NCBI RefSeq assembly: GCF_009914755.1
Contig: NC_060933.1
DNA from: the human T2T-CHM13v2.0 reference genome, Homo sapiens
Reading direction: 5' to 3' (one strand)
Length of the DNA stretch: 64,000 nucleotides
Position numbers and translations under genes: made by a program
Notes under the pieces: model-generated
What the model saw: only the letters and a program-made list of their open reading frames with translations
The model's database searches: none
What the model was told of the DNA's origin: nothing
In this document: positions 58,541-64,000 of the stretch, piece after piece
Position numbering within the stretch: position 1 is the first letter of the stretch
How the letters are laid out: each line of letters begins with the position of its first letter

Positions 58541-59599
58541 TTAACATATGTTACAAAATTTTTTTAATTCTCCATATTTGAAATAATTTGTATATCTTCT
58601 ACAGTTTCACATTCTTAATTTTCTCCAGGATGGTGAGCTGAGATAGTGGTGATGTAAGTGTAGGCATAAAAACCATACTGTATCACAAATAAATTTATTT
58701 AGCATATATTCCCTAATTATCTGCCATGAAACTAGTGTAACTGTTAATTAGGAGAGCTATTTGACTAAAAATGCCATAGAAATAGATGTCTTGAAAATTC
58801 TGATACTGACAAAATGTGTCCATATAGAATGTTTTATTGTTCCCACAGATACAAAAACTTGAACTAGAAGAATAGGAAAACTACCATTGTATTGCTGGAA
58901 TCTAGAGAATTATTCTAGTAATATATTTAAAATGATAAAGAACTTCCAAAACAAAGTTGAGGATTGCTGACTTCTTTATTTTACCCACTGAGGAATTATA
59001 TTAGTTAATTCTGCCCTCTTCAGGTTTCCCAAACATATAGAAAACCAGGCCAAGACCTGGAGATAGAACAAGTGCTACGCTGTGTGGACATACGTTTGAA
59101 GTATCATATATTTGTGTAAATTTTGAGAAATACAGTCATGCAGTTTACGCTCAAAGATCTAGAATGGAAAATCCTGAGCAGCTCACAGTTAGCAGGTATT
59201 TCACAATGAGAATCTGAAGTGGACGCCTAACACAGCCCTGCCATTGCTGGAATCAAATTTGAGGACAAGTAGAGGAAGAAGTTATTCCATGTATAATCAT
59301 CTTGACTGCAGCTGATGAGAGTTAGTTGAAGAGAAATGTACAGACCTCCTGGACAAACAGCCATATGGGAGTAAACGTGTCCAATGAACAGAGATGTATG
59401 CACAGAGCAGAGAGTAGAAGATATTTGATAAGTAAATATTTGGAGGCAGCTCACCTGAATTAAATCTTCCACAGTTCTGTATTAACATTCTCCCAGCCCC
59501 AGAGATTGCTTCTGTAAATTACTGACTCAGATAGATCCACTGCCATTTGAAAAGATAGGAAATTATGAGATTTATTTATAGCTACTACAGAAAGAAAAC

Positions 59600-61000
59600 T
59601 TGGAAGAAAACAATATTAAAAGTTATGAGAACACTCATCAGTTAAAAAATGCCATGACAATTGAAATCTGCCACAAATGTTTCTCCTCATACTAACACTA
59701 ATTTATGAAACATAGCAGCTTTAGAATAAGTTCAAATGAAAATTTTAAAAAGGCAAAGAAATATAAGATAATTAGGACTTCAGAAATGACATGGAAAAAA
59801 ACAAAGCTGTTAGAGAAAGGAAAGCTATATAAAAAGATACAACTTCTAGAGTAAACATTGCTAACATTGTCAAGAAGGTTGGGCTTGTGTGAGAAAAATA
59901 AGCAAAACGAATGGAGAAGAACATAGAATAGAAAGATATGGTAGAAAAGGAATACAACCTAGACCTTACAAGTATATAATTGTTTCTATATAATAAAATA
60001 TAGAAGAGGAAAATACTAAAAGATAAATAGAGTAGAACATTTCTTTTAAAAATATGAAAAGAAGCTGGTGTCAAATGCACATCATATGCCAGGGAAAGTT
60101 GATATAGAACAATCTTCACAAAGTCTGATGAAGTTATTTGACTTCAAGCATGATAAATACCCTGTGGACATTCAGGCCTAAATACTTCCATCATCTGGAA
60201 TTTAAATATTTTTATGGCAATGTACAGTCCCCAAAGAAGTTAAAGCTATGAAAAAAGTATTTCTGGTGGTGGGGAGGACAGAAGTAGTAAGAGGCAATTG
60301 ATTCTCATACAAGTTCCAGTTCACGTAAAAAGGAAAAAAAGTCATTCTTGTTGACTTAAATCCTTATGGAAGGCCCAATGTATTAGAAATTCTTGTAAAT
60401 TACAAAAACTCACATAGCCAGTAAATTAAAAGACACATTTGTAAAAGATCTTGGGAAAATAAAACATGGAAATTAAAAAAAAAAAAGTTAATGGCTAGGT
60501 CTTCGTTGGTCTAAAGCAAAAAGGAAAAAGAAACAAGGGAATTTCTGGATATGACATTGAATAAGTTACAAACCATGAAAACAAATAATAATATATCTCA
60601 CAAAGTATTAAGTAAAAGTACTAAGTAAGAATTGGTGAGAAAGTTGAAGTAACGAAAGCTACTTGGAGTTACGAAAATATAGCAATTTTCCCTCCTGTTT
60701 CTGACTCTCAAGGGAAATTGCATAGGTAGATGAATCAGGTTCTATATATTCGATATAATATTTACGGCATCATGGTAAACATGGTAGGATCTAAAACAAT
60801 AATACAAACAATCAGGCTGGAGATGTATTGGATGTAGGCCTATGTGAAAATCTGTTAACCTCGTTTTTTGTAAGGATAAATAAAAATCTTTTCAAAATTT
60901 TTAAAACAATGGTTTAAGTATCTCATTAATCATTAAAACATAATAAATATAATACTAAAAACAATATGAAAATTTGAGAAGTGGGACAAATGAAAAGGAA
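59600..61000 (+). mobile_element. Very old L1 ORF1-like (HAL1/L1ME) remnant
   Basis: A-rich sense bias and weak ORF1-like motifs only. Confidence 0.35.
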
Positions 61001-61067
61001 GGCAGACGAAATGTAAGTCCTCTGTTTTATTGCCCAAGTCCCAATTCATACCTACCTATATTTTCAG

Positions 61068-61389
61068 TCACTCTTGCTTAATTTCACTTTTTTTTTTTTT
61101 TTTTCTGAGACAGAGTTTGGCTCTTGTAGCCCAGGCTGGAATGCAGTGGCGCGATCCTGGCTCACTTCAACCTCTGCCTCCTAGGTTAAAGCGATTATCT
61201 TGCCTCAGCCTCCCAAGGAGCTGAGATTACAGGTGCCTGCCGCCACACCCAGCTAATTTTTGTATTTTTAGTACAGACGGTGGTTCACCATGTTGCCCAG
61301 GCTGGTAACGAACTCCTGACCTCAGCCAATTCACCTGCCTCGGCCTCCCAAAGTGCGGGGATTATAGGCCTGAGCCATTACACCTGGCC
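61068..61389 (-). mobile_element. AluSq/Sp-like
   Basis: Poly-T, full dimer and approximate TSD aatttca(a)c. Confidence 0.95.
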
Positions 61390-62203
61390 AATTTCAACAT
61401 TTTTTCATGTTTTTACTGAATATATATTTTTTAATTAGGTAAAACAGAAAATAATTAAAAGTTGCATTCTGTTATCAGTGGTAAGAATATTTTACTGACA
61501 GTTTGTTTCTGTTGTTCATCTTGTGTATATCTAAGACTGTATTTATTTATTTTTTTTGTATGATACCAATTCATTTTGTAGACTATGTATGTAGTCATTT
61601 ATCCATCCTTGAGCAATTAAATTATTTGGTGGGCTGGTGGAGATTAAAGTATTTGAGTAATCTTGATTTCACTTGCATCACACTGTCCTCAAGCTTTTAT
61701 TTTTTCAGTAGGAGAAAATTTGCATAATCCAGGCAAATTAAAAGATTCCAAACATTTTCTTCAAAATTGGTCATCAAAAATAAAATTCCCAGAGGATTTT
61801 TTTCTGATAGTCCACTCTTTGACACTGCTAAGGCTGGATTCCTCAAGACATAACACACCCTTGCCTTCTTTTCATTGTGAATTTATTGAGCACTTCAACT
61901 CCCCTAATTGACAGTAGGAGATTCATACATTAGAATGAGGCTGTGGAGGAGTCATTCTTACTTTCTAACTTTTAAAAAAAAGCTCTTAGGAAGTAAAGCA
62001 ATGTATTTGATATGTATTAGTTGGAAGTACAAGGCAACGTAGCATAAGCGCAGTTACATGAACAAGGTTTACTAGTAGTTACTGTATCAGAGGTTTAAAC
62101 ATGAGCCAGCTGAAATTAATTTCCCAATCTGTATATACAAATTATACTAGGGTATGTTAAAAATTTGATTGTGTGGGTCGATTTTCTGAAGTACATGGTG
62201 GGA

Positions 62204-62550
62204 TTTTTTTTAATTTAACTTTTATTTTAAATTCAGAGGTAAATGAGCAGGTTTGCTATGTAGATAAATTTGTATCATGGGGATTTGTTGTACAGATTTT
62301 TTTTTAATCACCCAGGTATTAAGCTTAGTACTCACTAGTTATTTTTCCTGATCCTCTCCCTCCTCCTAACCTCACCATCCAATAGGCCCCTGTACGTGTT
62401 GTTTCTCTCTATGTGTCCGTGTGTTTTCATCATTTATCTCCCACTTATAAGTGAAAATCTGTGGTATTTGGTTTTCTGTTCGTGCTTTAGTTTGCTAAGG
62501 TTACTTGCCTCCAGCTCCATCCAGTTTCCTGCAAAGGACATGATCTTGTA
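62204..62550 (-). mobile_element. L1PA15-like 3' end
   Basis: gtacagatt...atcacccaggtattaagc...gcaaaggacatgatct. Confidence 0.85.
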
Positions 62551-62670
62551 TTTTTTTTTTTTTTAACTTTAAGTTCTGGGATACATGTGCTGAACGTGCA
62601 GGTTTGTTACATAGGTATACATGTGCCATGGTTGTTTGTTGCACCTAAACCCGTCATATAGGTTTTAAGC
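62551..62670 (-). mobile_element. Short L1PA11-14-like 3' end
   Basis: Poly-T then actttaagttctgggatacatgtgc...aggttttaagc. Confidence 0.8.
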
Positions 62671-63137
62671 TATACCATGTGCTAATGTCATTCCTTTTTT
62701 TTTTTTACTTTAGCTAGACAATGGGGTTATTAAATTATATTTTATAATTTAAACTATTATATATTTTGTAATTTTTTCATAAATGATTTAAACTAATAAT
62801 ATATATTTTGAATAGTTACTGGAAATAGAAAATAGCCCATAAATCACCACAATTTTTTTCTTTCTTCAGACTTCTTTCCTCTTCCCTTTTATTCTTCCTC
62901 ATTTATGTGTTTTTTCTCACATTTTTCTCTCTTCTTTTTACACATTTCGTTTTCTCCACTTGTCTTCTCTCCCTCTCATACTTCTTCACATTGAAATGTT
63001 GATCTTTTCTTTTATCACCTTTCTTATTCTCTTTTTGGTCCCATTTTTTCCACTTCATCTATTCTGCGATGATTTTTTTTCTTTGGTTTGTTTCCCAAGG
63101 ACTTCTTGTTATTTTACTTATTATTTTGTAATCAAAT

Positions 63138-63625
63138 ATTTTTCCTCCAACGTTTATGTTCGGGGATGCACGTATCAACTTGTTACATGGGCAAACTCTG
63201 TGTTGCTGGGGTTGGTGTCCAAATGATTTCATTACCCAGGTAGTCAGCATAGTACCCAAGAGGTAGTTTTTCGATCCTCAATCTCTTCCCACTCCCCACC
63301 CTGAAATAAGCCCTGGTGTCTATCCTTCTCTGTGTGTACACATGTACTCAATTTTTAACCCTCACTGATGAGAACATGTGATACTTGGTCTTCTGTTCCT
63401 GAGTTAATTTCTTTAGGATGTCTCTAGCATCTTTCTACCATAAAACACATGAATGCACATGCATATTGCAGACTTTTCACTCTCGCAAAAACATGGAATT
63501 AAGATGCCTATCAGTGGTGAACTAGATAAAAATATGGCATACATATAAACCACGGAATACTATGCAAGCATAAAAAGAATGGAATTATGTTTTTGGCAGC
63601 AACGTAGGTACAACTGAAGGCTATT
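63138..63625 (-). mobile_element. L1PA16/L1PB-like 3' end with 5' inversion
   Basis: 63138-63420 is antisense 3'UTR. About 63434-63625 is the sense ORF2 C-terminus, ending where the antisense part begins in L1 coordinates. Confidence 0.75.
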
Positions 63626-64000
63626 CTTCTGCTAGTATTTGCCTATGTTTCCATCTTCCTAGACTTCTCTTCTTCCTTTCTTTCTCATCTCTTTGCCCCC
63701 TTCTTCTGCACATCCTACACTCTTTTTCATCCCATGTCTTCATAGTAGTCCTGACATGGAAGAGAAATAAATTCCTAGTTCTTCCCAAAGAACTTGGCAA
63801 ATCATATTCCAATTTCAATTTCCATAAGTCTAATTGAGGGCTTTTTGCATTATGCAGAGATTCATACTAACCTGTGTAAAACATTCCCCACTTCACTAGC
63901 ATTTCAATTTGAACACTATCTTAGATCCATTAAGTTCATAGTAATTTTGAACACAAATTCACCATATATATTTTCAGTTTGTTTGTCTTCTGTTCTTGTT

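Overview
This is AT-rich, repeat-dominated primate DNA. It is almost certainly human, because one L1 carries L1HS pre-Ta diagnostic bases. I found no host protein-coding exon, RNA gene or CRISPR array; every recognisable ORF is a decayed L1 ORF1/ORF2, HERV-L gag/pol or Tigger1 remnant. The window holds many L1s of different ages, 7 Alu/FLAM copies, a near-complete HERV-L provirus, solo LTRs, a full-length Tigger1, small DNA transposons, MIR/L2 and microsatellites. The standout structure is at 16475-20030: two independent 5'-inverted (twin-primed) L1s of different subfamilies (L1PA2-like and L1HS pre-Ta-like) are stacked head-to-tail at the same endonuclease site. This gives TSD-L1-TSD-L1-TSD with three copies of the 15-mer GGTGAATAATTTTTT. 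Other integration or repair scars include a perfect 26-bp fold-back hairpin at an L1 5' junction, serial templated duplications replacing the end of the HERV-L 3' LTR, and two ancient inverted L1s. Subfamily names come from recalled consensus sequences, not a database search, and boundaries of old elements are approximate.
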